Below, one piece after another: positions 1-12,986 of a stretch of DNA of 64,000 nucleotides. Made by a program: the position numbers and the translations under genes. Below the pieces are notes generated by a model. It did not search any database and had not been told where the DNA came from. It worked only from the letters and a program-made list of their open reading frames with translations. The stretch is from the human T2T-CHM13v2.0 reference genome, Homo sapiens. The stretch lies in the NCBI RefSeq assembly GCF_009914755.1, contig NC_060937.1; one strand, written 5' to 3'. Every line of letters starts with the position of its first letter. Positions within the stretch are counted from its first letter, which is position 1.

Positions 1-510
<510 letters not shown>

Positions 511-519
511 TGAAAAATG

Positions 520-752
520 GCATATAGATTAAGAGCATGGATTGGATTTAAACAGGTTGGATTCATATTATTGTGCCGTAATTTGTAAGTGATGAAGCTA
601 TGTGGCCTTTTGAAAATTTCTTAGTCTCTCTGTGCCTGTCTCCTCTCTTGTAAAGTAAAATCCATAACAGTAACTATTTCCTAGAGTAGTTTTAAGGTTG
701 AAATGTGTTAAAATGTGTATAGCACTGAGAACAGTGCCTAGCCCATATGATA
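520..752 (+). mobile_element. MIR SINE
   Basis: MIR core ttagtctctctgtgcctgtctcctctcttgtaaag and 3' part agcactgagaacagtgcctagc. Confidence 0.7.
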
Positions 753-807
753 GCATCTACGTCTGAAATTTCCAAACGTATTTTAAAGCTCACATTATAG
801 GAGTTAG

Positions 808-1130
808 TAGTTTCTGGTCCAGCATGTTAGCAGCTTGGAAGACACTGCTCCATTCTCACAAGTAAAAAGCTGAACAAACCAAAAAATCAACAACTTTTCT
901 TAGATCCATCAGAGAAGTGAATTCGCAGGGCAATCTGATGCTCCCCAAATTGAAGAGGCAGACAGACTGATACTGAGAATCACAACTTACCAGAGCTGAA
1001 ACCCATAGGCAGAAACTTCTGTGGTAACCAGTGCAAGGTAGGAAAATCTGAATCCTAATTCATGAATTGATGAAGTCTCAGTATAGACAAATCTGATTAT
1101 TTAAAACTCTAGGGGACCCAGTCATGGGGT
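808..1130 (+). mobile_element. Old L1M 5'-region fragment
   Basis: aaaaagctgaacaaacc...caacaacttttcttagatccatcagagaagtga resembles an L1MC/MD-type 5' end. Confidence 0.45.
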
Positions 1131-1419
1131 TGGGTGGGGGGGGGGGGCTCATATTTTTGTTACTATACTACATTTCCAGTACAATGTAATATAAGGACTT
1201 ATTCTGAGGACTTTTAGGGGATAATATGAATGAAGATTCAATCATCCAGAAAGCTATTGTGTGCTATAATCAGATTTATTATCCTTTATAAATTTCATTA
1301 TAACTTTAGAAAAGATCATTCGAGTTACTAGATTTGGTTGTGTAACAAATGTACTGAAAATTCTTATGACATTTGCTTTAAGTTATATAGTTTCTGCTTG
1401 TTTTCACTGTCTTAAAACA

Positions 1420-2110
1420 CTGGAGTGGTGAATGAAACAGATCTAACACCTGCCTATAAAAATTATATAATAGCAAGGTGACAGACTATAAATAGCTAAT
1501 TATTATACACAATTGATTACTGGCTTGTCATTGAGTGAATTACTATGAAGAAATATAAGATGTAATTGGAACTTATAGCTGAGGAACCAGGTCTAGTCTT
1601 AAGAAGTCAGGGTCCTGATAACTGGGTAAAGCTATGAAGAGTTAGGAATAATATATTAGGTGAAAGTACCTTGGAAAATCATTTAGAGGTCAGCATGTGT
1701 GAGGCCACTCAGTGGAGATTAATTAAACCAAGATCTGGGAAAGTTGAACTTTCACAACAAAAGAAAGAGTGTCAAAAGATGAGACTGGCAAGTCAGAATA
1801 AATGACATATGAAGAGTCTTGTCAAGCATGGTGAGAAATGTAGTTATTATTCTACAAGCAACAGCAATGTATTACAGCTTTTTTTTTTAACACTGGTAGG
1901 ATGTATTCTTTAGTGAACACTCACTATTATGGGAAGACAATACTTTCCATACTATATGGAAGTACTATATATCATCCTACATGGACTTGGATGACTTAAA
2001 TCTAGTCTTTGCATAATAGGTGAGGGATGATAGGATTTTGGACTAAGGTTTTAAGAGAAGACATAAAAACATACCTGAAAGTACAATCAAGAGGATTTGT
2101 TGATTAAATG
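1420..2110 (-). mobile_element. L2 LINE relic
   Basis: Purine-rich degenerate L2 3' sequence (gaatgaaacagatctaacacctgcc; gatgagactggcaagtcag; gagtcttgtcaagcatggtgagaa). Confidence 0.5.
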
Positions 2111-2817
2111 TCTATGGAATATAGATATATAGTACAAAAAAACTCTCTCTTTTACTCTCTTTATTAACAAAAATTAGGCCCTTATTGATGTTTGAAGAGA
2201 TGGTAGGCTGCCCCTTACATGGCTATGACACTTTTGTGAAGCAGCTTTAAACCTCCCCTTGCAGCTGAAGCAACATAATCATTTCACATCGATGTCATGA
2301 AGAATGCACCAATACAATATGCACTTAGAGTTTATGGAAATGAGGAGAAGGAAGTCTTTTCAAATTTTGGCTGAACTAAAAACCTCAACATTTCTAAGAC
2401 ATATGGATAAGTAAATAGATAGCTATATGTTGTCAACATATTTGGTAAAAATCCCACATCTGCCTAATTTAAAATTAATACTTTTGTCCCATTGTATAGT
2501 ATCAGTTGTATTAACCTGAAAAATTCTGAGAACAATAGTATAATGTCAAATACATTAAAAGGAAATAATAAAAGTAATAGAAGAAAATAATAAAATAATC
2601 CCAAAGATAAATTATTGAGAATTAAACAGGCCAAAAGTTAGTTTTTTGAAAAGTCTAATGAAATGAATAAACTTCTGGAAACACTGATCGAGATAGTAAA
2701 AAGAGCCAAGAAACAATAACATTAGAGTAATAATAAAAACAGAGATATTACTATAGATGCCAGTGAGATTAAACAATGCTTCTCAATATTTAATGTGCTT
2801 ACAAATGACTTGATGAT

Positions 2818-3557
2818 TGTATTCGTTTGCTAGGGCTGCTATAACAAAAAGAGACTGGGTGACTTATAGAAAGACATTTATTTACTTAAGGAGGCTAGAA
2901 GTTCAAGATCAAAGTGTCAACAGAGTTGGTTTCCATGTAAGGCCCCTTTCCTTGCCTTGTAGATGGCTTTCATCTGTGTCCTTACATGGCCTCTCCTCAA
3001 TGCTCTCACACATCCCTGGTGTCTCTTCTTCTTCCTATGTTTTCTTTTATTTTTAGTTGGCACATAACAATTGTACATATTTATGGGATGCAAAGTGATA
3101 TTTCAATACATGTATACAATGTGTAATGATCAAATCAGGGTAATTAGCATACCCATCACCTCAAGCATGTACCATTTCTTGGCGTTGTGAACATTCAAAA
3201 TCCTCTCTTCCAGTTTTTTGAATATACACCTTAAATTATTGTTAACCATATTCACCCTATAGTGCTGCAGAACACCAGCACACATCTCTCCTATCTCGTT
3301 GTAATTTTGTATCTGTTAACCAACCTCTTTCTACCATGCCCTTCCTTCAGTGCTTCCAAGCCTCTCTTACCTGCAATTCTACTCTCTACTTCCTCTTTTT
3401 ATAAAATCACCAGCCATATTGAATTAGGACCTACCCATAAGACAGTATTTAATCTTAATTACCTATATAAAGGTCCTATCTCCAAATACAAGTCAAATTC
3501 TGACTACTTGGGAGTCAGGACTTCAACATAGAGCCTTGAAGAAGACAATCCATCACA
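2818..3557 (-). mobile_element. MLT1A/B MaLR solo LTR split by an L1 3' end (pieces 2818-3038 and ~3393-3557)
   Basis: tgtattcgtttgctagggctgctataacaaa...ggaggctagaagttcaagatcaa; resumes atcaccagccatattgaattaggacc...ggacttcaacata...ccatcaca. Confidence 0.8.
3040..3392 (-). mobile_element. L1MA-type 3' UTR fragment (5' truncated)
   Basis: ttgtacatatttatggg...gtgtaatgatcaaatcagggtaattagcatacccatcacctcaa matches the reverse complement of an L1MA 3' end. Confidence 0.8.
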
Positions 3558-4299
3558 GGGACTTCCTTCAGTAGCTCTGAGACGGGACTCAAGGTTGAGC
3601 ATTTCTTAAAAGCTCCCAAACGATGCCAATGCTGCCTAACTGCAGAACACACCTTGAGTTGCAAGGAATAAAATGGATTAACAGAAAATATATCAATAAC
3701 TATAAGCTGTTATAATGAAAAACTTAGATTAAAAGAAGAAATTCCTAGTAAAATGTAGATTAATAAAATTGATTCAAGAAAATAATGAGCTTTACATGGT
3801 CTCATAATTATAAAAAACTTACATCAATATTTTGAAAGTAAAAAAAAATGTGGCAGAGAAATAAACTAAGACAGCTTTAGAAATGTGTACTTTCAACATT
3901 CACAGGGAGAAATTTTGAGTCCTATAAAAATATTTCATGGGAAGTAAGAGGTAACATTTCTTGACCGGTTTTATGAGGCTAGTATAAACTTGACACTCTA
4001 TCCAGACAAAGGCAGTGCAAGAACAAAAACTAAAAATCTAATTTCACATGATGCTCAATCAAATGCTAAATATTAGCCAAATAAAGCTAGCAATGTATAA
4101 AAGGAATACTTATATATTATCCCCATTACATGCATTCCATGCATGCAAAGATTGTTTTTAAAAGTATTTTCAAAAAGGTATGTTAACCTATTTAAAAAAA
4201 TCTTAAAACTCATCTCCATAAAGAGAGAATAGTAATTCGATGAAATTCAAACTCCATTCATGAGACATGCTCTTGGTAAACTAGAAATAGAGGAGTGAT

Positions 4300-4398
4300 A
4301 TGGTAGGTCTGATGTGGGACCTGAGAAACTGCCCTTTTTAGCACTTCCCAGGTGTTACCGAAGCTGCTGATGAAGGAACCATACCCTGAGACCATAGT
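4300..4398. mobile_element. MER5-type DNA transposon fragment
   Basis: gtaggtctgatgtgggacctgagaaactgcc...cttcccaggtg...gaagctgctgatg...accctgagacca. Confidence 0.55.
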
Positions 4399-5030
4399 AT
4401 GTAGTACAATAAGGCCCACATTGCCGTTTAATTCTTTCTTGGTTTAGTTAGCATTGAAAAGTAGCAAAAATTCCATATACTGTCAAAGCCATCAAATTTA
4501 TGTGTACTGTTAGATGCACAGATTATAAGTTGAAGGTATAATTTGATTGCATTGAAAATTAATAATGATGCAATCCTTATTTTCTCAGATATCAGCCTAA
4601 GAGTTACAACAGTACAGTAGGGTTACTATTGAAATTTAAATTCAATAAAACCATTTCATGAGGCTAGAATAAAGAGAAGTAGCATGCATATGTGTGTGTA
4701 TGTCTACGTGTCACTTTGTAAAACTATAGGAAACAGACATTATGTATACAAATGCACATTTTTTTTTTAAGGAAGTTGCCAGGAGCTGGCTCACATGATA
4801 TACCTTTGTTTATAGTCCTGATACCTGACAGCCTTCTGTTGAATCCAGCTGGAATCATGAGATGCACCAATGTTCCCGGTAAGTTTTATGAAATTCATTC
4901 TCATCACCTGTCTATGTACACTTTGTACTCCTCATCCTGGTTGAATTGACTGGGGTGAAGAGCAGGTAGACCCAGAGGGACATCTGACAAAAATCTGCTA
5001 TTTCATACTCAAAACCTCTTTCCCTTACAT

Positions 5031-5205
5031 CAGTGGTTCTCAACTAGAAGTGGATTTGCCCCCAGGGTATATTTATCAATGTCTGAAGACATTTTGGGTT
5101 GTCACAACTAGGAGTGGGGTATGGGGAGTGGTACTTGTATCTTGTGGATAGAGGCCTGGGATACTGCTTAGCATTCTACAATGCACAGGATAGCTCCCCA
5201 CGGCA
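5031..5205. mobile_element. MER20 hAT DNA transposon (partial)
   Basis: cagtggttctcaac...tttgcccccaggg...caatgtctgaagacattttgggttgtcacaact...gatactgcttagcattctacaatgcacagga. Confidence 0.85.
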
Positions 5206-8200
5206 AGGCTCATCTCTCTCTTTTCCTTTGTCCTTCCTTGCCTCTTACTGTCCCTCTGCCTCTCTCCCTTAATGGTATATTTCATCCCAGGAGAATATAC
5301 CTTAATGGTATATTTGTTTTATCCCAAAATATTCCCACCACATTGATCCTCCAAATAGTTCCAGAATGTCTGAATTGAAAGTTACAGCACTTCATCTTTA
5401 AGGTCCTCGACAATATGGGTATTATTTCAAAGGATATTTCCTGAACCTTCTCCCTGCCCCACCTCTAGCACAACAATCTGTATGCAGATGATACTCAATA
5501 GATGCCATCTGATATAATGAAATGACATTTTTCTACAGAGAAATGCTCTTTCTAATATTATTAGAAATGAAGATATTTATATGATGAGTAGCTAACACAA
5601 ATATAGAAAAAATATTAATTTCCCCCAATTTGTATTTGTGCATAGCACCTCAGAGAAATATAAATGTAGGGGTTTCTTTTACAATGATTATAAAATATTT
5701 TGTTGCTCTTTCATATATCTAGATTTGATTATATCTGTTTACAGTGTGAACAGAATACATTTTTAAAGTGAATAACTAAACATATTCAGGACTTGAATTA
5801 TATAATTTTAAATTCCAGAGCAAATAATAATTGAAATGTTCTAAATATATTCCTAATTTAGTATTTAAATTTCTAAAATATGCACCTTGTCCTTATCCAT
5901 TGCCTATTCCAATTCTTAGAGAATATACAAGTAAAACAGTATTCATTTTGATGGACCTTGTTTGATGGAATTGTTTGGGCAGGAGGAAGCAGAAAATAAA
6001 GTGGACAGTAAAATGGCTCCTTTGGTAATAATCTAAGACTACATAAAAATCCACCAGAAGAATAAATTTAGGTTTCTTAGGGCTAGTTGTTCCACCTAAG
6101 CACTAGTGTTTACCAAATAGAATAGATGAGGCAATACAAATTTACAAATTAATTAATGACACTGACTTATTTATAATCCTTAACAAATTAGACAACTGGG
6201 CAATGCCCAAGAATATTTGAGCTTATATTTCAATTTTATTCTTTTTATTTACTAGCCAAATCTATGACCCCTTTAAAAGTTAGCATCCTTTTTTCACGAA
6301 ATACTCCACAGAATTTTGTCTACAATGAAATAAAAAGTTAAATAACGGGTCACTCTGGCCTTTGTTTTTACTTACTTGGTTTTTATGTAGCATTTTCATT
6401 ATAATATTATTAACATGACAAGACCTGATGCCTGCACCCATTGGGAGAGGTACTTACCCTGTTGGGTCTTAATGAAGTCCGTGAATATACCTGATTGCAT
6501 TCCAACTTCATTCTTGATCTACCTCACTCTTTTGATTACAAAATGGTAAGCACTGACCATCTTCCCCCACCAAAACTTGTCTCTTTCACCTGAAATACTT
6601 CTGACTTATCTGTTTGTAAATATTCTATTTTTAATAGCTGGAAAAATTCCAATATACTATACTTTATACTTTAATAGTTGGACAAATTCCAATATACTAT
6701 ACGTTTTAATATACTATATTTGTTCACGTTAAATAAAATCAACAATCTCCTTTATACAGATCTTTATAATATTTTTTCTTCTTATAGAAAGAAGTCCACC
6801 TTTTCATTTCCCATATACTCACCAGCTAATTATAACTTTTGATAAAACATTCTTTGTAATATAATTTATTCTATTTAATTTCATCCATGAAAACCAGTTC
6901 CAAATCCCAGTTAACTTCCAAAGTAAGAGCTACACTGTTTCTCTTATCTGGCAAAAGTGGCAAGGTTGGTTTTAGGCAACATGTGGTAGAAAAAGTCTAT
7001 TTAGTAAGGGTATACCAAAGTAGAATCTCATTTCCCAAGTTGCTAATGAAATTTAAATGAGAATATTTTTGTTTTTCATGGAGTGTAAAATTTAAATTAT
7101 TACTTTTCATATAGATTTATCATAAATTTCTTCAAATTCTAATGCATCTGATGATTCTCTCGTTGAACAATGTATCTATATAGGAAGAAAAATTATTTAA
7201 GCCTGGTCTTCCTTGCATATATGTTTTGAATTAAAAATAAAAGACATTTCTTAGGATCTGAAGAGTGAATAGAACTGGAAGACTGTGCTCTCATTATAAA
7301 AACATGTGCACAACTTTCCATGTGAAGAATCTGGTGTAAAATATCTCTGATTGGGCATTAGAAGTAGAACAGTGTAGCAAAAAATAGCTCTACTCTTCCA
7401 TGGACGATTCAGTATTGCCTCGTATTCAGGAGCTATAAATTACATGCCTGAAGTGCCTGAAGGAGCAGATGCTGGAATGTTCATGTCCTAAACATGTAAC
7501 CCTGTTAGTATCAAAGCAGCTTACTGGAAGATACATGAACCCCCAAGGACCATTTGACCACATTCCCAGAGCTTTCTAATATAAAAGACTTTAGGAAATG
7601 AAAGATAATCTACCACGGCTTTCATCCCTATCCCCTCAGACTCTATTATAATCACCTTGTGAGAAAGCACACTTCATTACAAAATCAAATTGCTTGCCTC
7701 CCAAGAGCTACTTTTTAGTCTGGGTGGATTTTACTTATCCTCCAAACAACCAAAAATAATCAAGATGATTGTCTTAGTTTGACAATGTCTGATAGCTTTT
7801 GCATAATCATGTCAGAAAGGTTTCCTTTTCTTTTCTTTTTTTAAGGAAATTCCTTCAGATAAACCAAGACTGTGTATAATTTATGCATATTAAAAGCAAC
7901 ATTATTAATTTATGTCAAATAAAAACTTATAAACCGTTGCATTTGAAAAGTAGAGTTTCAGTCTATCTGAATTTAGAGATCTTAATGACATCACTAAGAA
8001 ATTAGCCAAAAATGTCAACTCTTCTTATGTTATTTAATCTACCTTTTGTCCTCGAAATATTTTTCTTTGATATAGTTCTGCCTAAAATCAATAGCAAATA
8101 AAAATTTTAAAAATATGAAACTTACTAATATAAACATATAAAATTATTTAAAAGCAGTAAAGTAAATAATATTTAAAGTGTTTCTCTCTAAATAAAATAT

Positions 8201-8739
8201 GTTATCAGTTATGAGGGAGAATCTCAACCAATTTTTAGTGAGATTGCCAGAAGAAACAGTGAGCATAAATTTAATGCAGACTTAAGTTTGAAATTACACA
8301 GATCAGATGTGTCATTGCTTTTGTATATTCTTATCTCTCATGGCTTTGGTCAGTCTTCAGAGCTGCACTGTCTCTGGAATCCTAGTATGAACTTAATCTT
8401 CTTGATGATGAACAGGGTTATAAAATACAGACAACTCTATCTAGTCCTGTGTGAGACCAGTGGTAATACGTGTTTTTTCAAGAACCATTACCTCTTGTTC
8501 AATCAGCTTTGTATCTTTCTGAATATGCACAGGTACTGGTACTCTAGATTGAAACTCTAGCCTAAGTGACTGGTTAGATAAATTCATATAACTATAAAAT
8601 TATACATTTCTGAAAATGAATATAAGTAACAAGGGGAAATCAGGAATTCTCTTACTCATTGTTACAACTGAAAGTTAAAAACGAAAAGTTGACCAGAAAA
8701 TGTGTATGTCTAGAGTTAGGGTTACTAGGAATCCCTAAG

Positions 8740-10005
8740 AATATGAAAATTACACAAATATTTGAAAACCAACTAACCATTTTTAAATAGCCAACAGTAA
8801 ATGAAGAAACAAAATAGAAATTATAAAATGCTTTGAACTGAAAACAATCTAAATAAATTATTCTAAAATCAGATCTAGAAATATAAAAAAATAGCATAAA
8901 AACTGGGTTTCATTCTCTAAGTGCAAGATTCAGAAGTCAATCAATATGATTTATGATATTAACAGTCTAAAAAAGGAAAATCAAATGACCATCTCAATAG
9001 AGACAGAAAATAATATTTTACACAATTCAACAACTCATCCAGAAAAAAAACTCATCAAACTAGAAACAGAAGAAGAATTGTACAAACTGATAAAGGACAT
9101 ATAAAAACTTACAAATGACATCATATTTAACAGTAAAAGACTAAATAGTTTTCTCTTAAGATCAGGAACAAGACAAGGATGTCCACTCTCACCATTTCTA
9201 TTCAACATCGTACTAGAGATTATAGGCAGTAAAATAAAGAAAATACATAATAAAAGTAGCTTGATGAGAAAAGAAGGTATAAAACACCTTTTGTTCAAAG
9301 GCAAAATTATAGTCTATTTAAAAAATTTTAAAGCATCTACAAAAAAAAGCTACTAGAAGTAATAAGTGAATTTAGCAAGACTGAAGGGTACAACATCAGT
9401 GTAAAAAAGACTACATTTCTATACAGTAGTAATGAACAATCAGCAATTGTATTAGACAAGAATACTGGAAATTAATTTAAAAAATTAAAATTTTTAAAGC
9501 ACAGAAATAAATGGAAAATATACTGTAGTCATAGATCAAAAGATTCCATATTATTAAGATGTCAGAAATAGACCCACATATTTGTGGATGACAAATTTCT
9601 GATTGAGATACAAATGCATACCAATGAGAAAGTCTAATCTTTTCAACACATGATGCTAGAAAAATTAGATATCCATATTTTAAAAACAAACATCAATTCA
9701 TATTTCATGCCAGATGTAAAAAATAAATTAAATAAGAAAAACTAAAATTATATATCTTCCTGAAGAAAACATGAGAAAAAATTTGGAGACCTTGATTAGG
9801 CAAATAATTTTACTGGGGGCACCCAAGATACAATATATTAAATAAAATAATTAGTATATTAGACTCATCAAATTTAATAATTTCTACTCTTTGAGCATCA
9901 CTGTTAAGAGATGAAAAGTAAAACCACAAAGTCTAAAATATTTGCAAATTATATACCTGATAAATAACTTGTATCTAGAATACATAAAGAACTCTACAAA
10001 CATAA
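8740..10005 (+). mobile_element. Old L1M ORF2 remnant (RT and C-terminal parts with deletions)
   Basis: aagatcaggaacaagacaaggatgtccactctcaccatttctattcaacatcgtactagag encodes an [19 protein letters not shown]-like RT motif; many stops. Confidence 0.85.
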
Positions 10006-10014
10006 GGAAGAAAC

Positions 10015-11672
10015 ACTTTCAGAATGACAGAGTAAGGACCTCGAAAAATCTACTCCTCCAGAAAAGCAATGAGATATATGGCAAAAAAAAAAGTCAAAAT
10101 CAATTTTTTTAACTCTGAGAATTAATTAAAGGCTTGCAACAACCTGAGGTGTGTTTATTTTTTTTTTTAAAAGTTGACTTTTATTAAGGACATTAAGACA
10201 AAGGACATTAAGGACATTAAAATGTCCTATTCCTACATTTCTCTCTCCATATTTCTTCCTCCACTCCAATAGCCTTGAAGACCAGCAGAGTTAGAACAAC
10301 AGTAACTATGGAAACAACAGTCGCTAGATGGGGCAGAATAGATTTGAAGCTCCACAAAAAAATCTATTTTCAGAAAATTATTACTATTTGACCTGAAAAC
10401 TCCTAAAAGCCTCATTCACATAGCTTGACATTATTTGACCTGACAGAACTCATTCAGTGAGGAAAGCCCTATGATCAGAGTGTATGTTAAAAAAAAAAAG
10501 ATAGTAGTGATTTGTTACAGTGCTACTGCCTGATGTTAGTTGGAGCAAACAAAAGGATAGACAGAAAGATGAAAAGAAAAATCAGAGAATATGATACGCC
10601 TACTAGGTTTTGAAAAGTTCCAACATTTCCTGGGGAACCAGAAAGGCATGGCTTGTGTAGGGCTGTGTGCATAAGACATAAGAAGGCCCAACTTTTTACT
10701 CCTGGCTGGCCACAGGGCTATGCACCAGCTGGGAGTGAAGGTGAAGGCGAAGTTGCAAACTGCCAGAGTGTGGAAGGCATGTTCCAACCAATATTCACAG
10801 AGAGAGAAAAGGGGCAAAATGTATAGTTGTTTGGAGATTTATTGGTTGAAGGCATTTAGGAACTCTGTTCAATCACTGGTTGACCACTAAGCAAGCCACC
10901 TCGAAGCTATTCCAGCAGCTGCAGATTTTAGAGAATTAGTCGAAAAAGCTTACTAAATACATAAATACCAACAAGAGCAACAATAAACAGCAACAAAAAC
11001 AAATATGATAAGCAGAGAGGCTGACTGCCATTGTTGCCCAATGATATTATTTAAAATGTCCAGTTTTCAACAAATAATGATTTTAAAAATGCAAAAAATA
11101 ACAAAACAAAACAGCAAAGTGTGGCTAATACTCAGGAAAATGGAATAGAAATTGTCTCTGAGGAAGCCCAGATGCTGGATTTAATAGATAAAGACTTCAA
11201 CTATTATAGATATTTTGAAAAAACTAAAGGAAACAATTTCTAAAGCATAACAGGAAAGTGTGAGAAAGTTTCTCACCAAATGGAGAATATCAATAAAAAG
11301 ATAGAAACAATTTTTTTAAAAGACCAAATAGAAATCTGGGAATTGAAAAAGTATAATAACTGAAATTTAAAAATTCACCAGAGATGCTAAAAACATATTT
11401 GAGTTGGAAGATAAAAGAATCAGTGAATGTGATCGTAGGTCAATTTACATTTTCTGTTCTGAGGGGAACAAAATAAAAAAGAACGAAGCAAAAAGAAGAG
11501 AGATCTCTGGGACACTAGCAGTGTATCAACAAATGCATAATGGGAGTCCTAGGAGAGGGGAAAAAGGAACATAAACCTTATTTGTAGAAATAATCGCTTT
11601 CAATTCCTGAGATATGATGAAAAGCATTCTATCCAAGAAGCTCAACAAACTTCAAGTAGAATAAACTCAAAA
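10015..11672 (+). mobile_element. Old L1M (L1MC/MD-type) 5' UTR and ORF1 remnant
   Basis: cactttcagaatgacagagtaaggacc 5' end; ORF1-like gaggaagcccagatgctggattta...atccaagaagctcaacaaacttcaagtagaataaac. Confidence 0.7.
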
Positions 11673-12304
11673 AAATTATTATCTTTGCTATGGGTAGACA
11701 CCAGATCCAAGTAAGAACAAAGTTTATTTCTTATCAAAATTGAATTGATTCACTTTAATACAAACTTTCTGGACAGGTGCACATTTTTGTCAGCATCAGG
11801 CAGTGTATCCTATGTAGAAAAAGGGAGAGTTGACTCTTTAAGGGGTTCCCTGGTTCTGGTGACATAAACAGCAAGCAAAAGAAGCATTAACAAATACTAT
11901 AAAAGAACAGTTGAGTTAATTGAAAAAGAAATATGAGAGAGAAGTTTCATGGAAGGGGAGGAAAAGACTTTCAACTGGTTGTAATAGTCAAAGATTCTAA
12001 GTGCTGTGAAATCTGTTTAACCTGTCCACCTTTTATTAAGGAAAAATGTAGTCCTATTTATAGATGTGTGTGTAATAGAGTTTTATGATGGTTTACACAG
12101 GCCAGAAGTAATGAAATCGTGTCTTCACTGGCAGAAATTTTGCCTGCATGTAATTTCTTGATAGTTTGCATTTTCTTGAAATATATAGCTTGTCTAACTA
12201 GCTTTTAGTTAATAAAAATAAGCAAGCTACTGCATGACAACGACATCCTCTAAAATCACTGTAAATACTTAGAAATCGTAAACCCAAAAGTGAAGCACAA
12301 GGAT

Positions 12305-12518
12305 TGTATTAGGGTTCTCTCTAGACGGACTGAACTATATATATATATATATATATATAGTTACATAACTATACATATAGTTATATAGTAATACATCTAG
12401 TTATATAGTTATATATAGTTACATAGTTATATAGCTATTAGCAAAGACTACAAAATATATAAAATATAATATATTGTTATATAACTATATATATATTCTA
12501 TTAGTTCTGTCCCTCTAG

Positions 12519-12568
<50 letters not shown>

Positions 12569-12986
12569 CCCATATATATATACGAGTTTATTAAGTATTA
12601 ACTCACATATTAACTCACATGATCACAAAATCCCACAATAGGCCATCTGCAAGCTGAAGAGAAAAGTGAGCCAGTCCAAGTGTCAAAGCTGAAGAACTTG
12701 GAGTTCAATGTTCTAGAGCAGGAAGCATCCAGCATGGGAGAAAGATATAGGCTGGGAGACTAGGCCAATCTAGTCTTTTCACATTTTTTTTTTTTGACTG
12801 CTTTATATTCTAGCTGCTCTGGCAGCTGATTAGATGGTGCCCACCCAGATTAAGAGTGGGTCTGCCTTTCCCAGCCCACTGACTCATATGTTAATCTCCT
12901 TTGGCAACACTCTCACAGACACACCCAGGAACAACACTTTTCATCCTTCAACCCAATCAAGTTGACACTCAGTATTAACCATCACA
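12305..12986 (-). mobile_element. MLT2A1-type ERVL solo LTR with expanded internal TA tract
   Basis: Termini tgtatt...cagtattaaccatcaca; perfect 5-bp TSD aggat (12300-12304 and 12987-12991); ggcagctgattagatggtgcccacccagattaag. Confidence 0.92.
12335..12582. repeat. (TA)n / TATAGTTA low-complexity tract with inverted repeats
   Basis: (at)n runs, including (AT)20 at 12524-12563, plus repeated tatagtta units. Confidence 0.95.

Larger units (their letters stand above)
2774..3666. mobile_element. MER5A-type hAT DNA transposon split by an MLT1 LTR (pieces 2774-2817 and 3558-3666)
   Basis: Left end caatgcttctcaatatttaatgtgcttacaaat; right part catttcttaaaagctcccaaacgatgccaatgctgc...cacaccttgagttgcaagg. 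Confidence 0.65.
2560..4295 (+). mobile_element. Old L1ME-type ORF2 fragment, split by a nested insertion block at 2774-3666
   Basis: ccaaaagttagttttttgaaaag...gatattactatagatgccagtgagattaaa, resuming at ~3668 and including ttttatgaggctagtataaacttgacac and catctccataaagagagaa (L1 ORF2-like). Confidence 0.65.

Noticed and set aside
6450-6592. Minus-strand exon-like unit ending in a strong donor (CAGG|GTAAGT)
   Set aside because: Weak acceptor, stops in all three frames and no partner exon; isolated donors are common by chance
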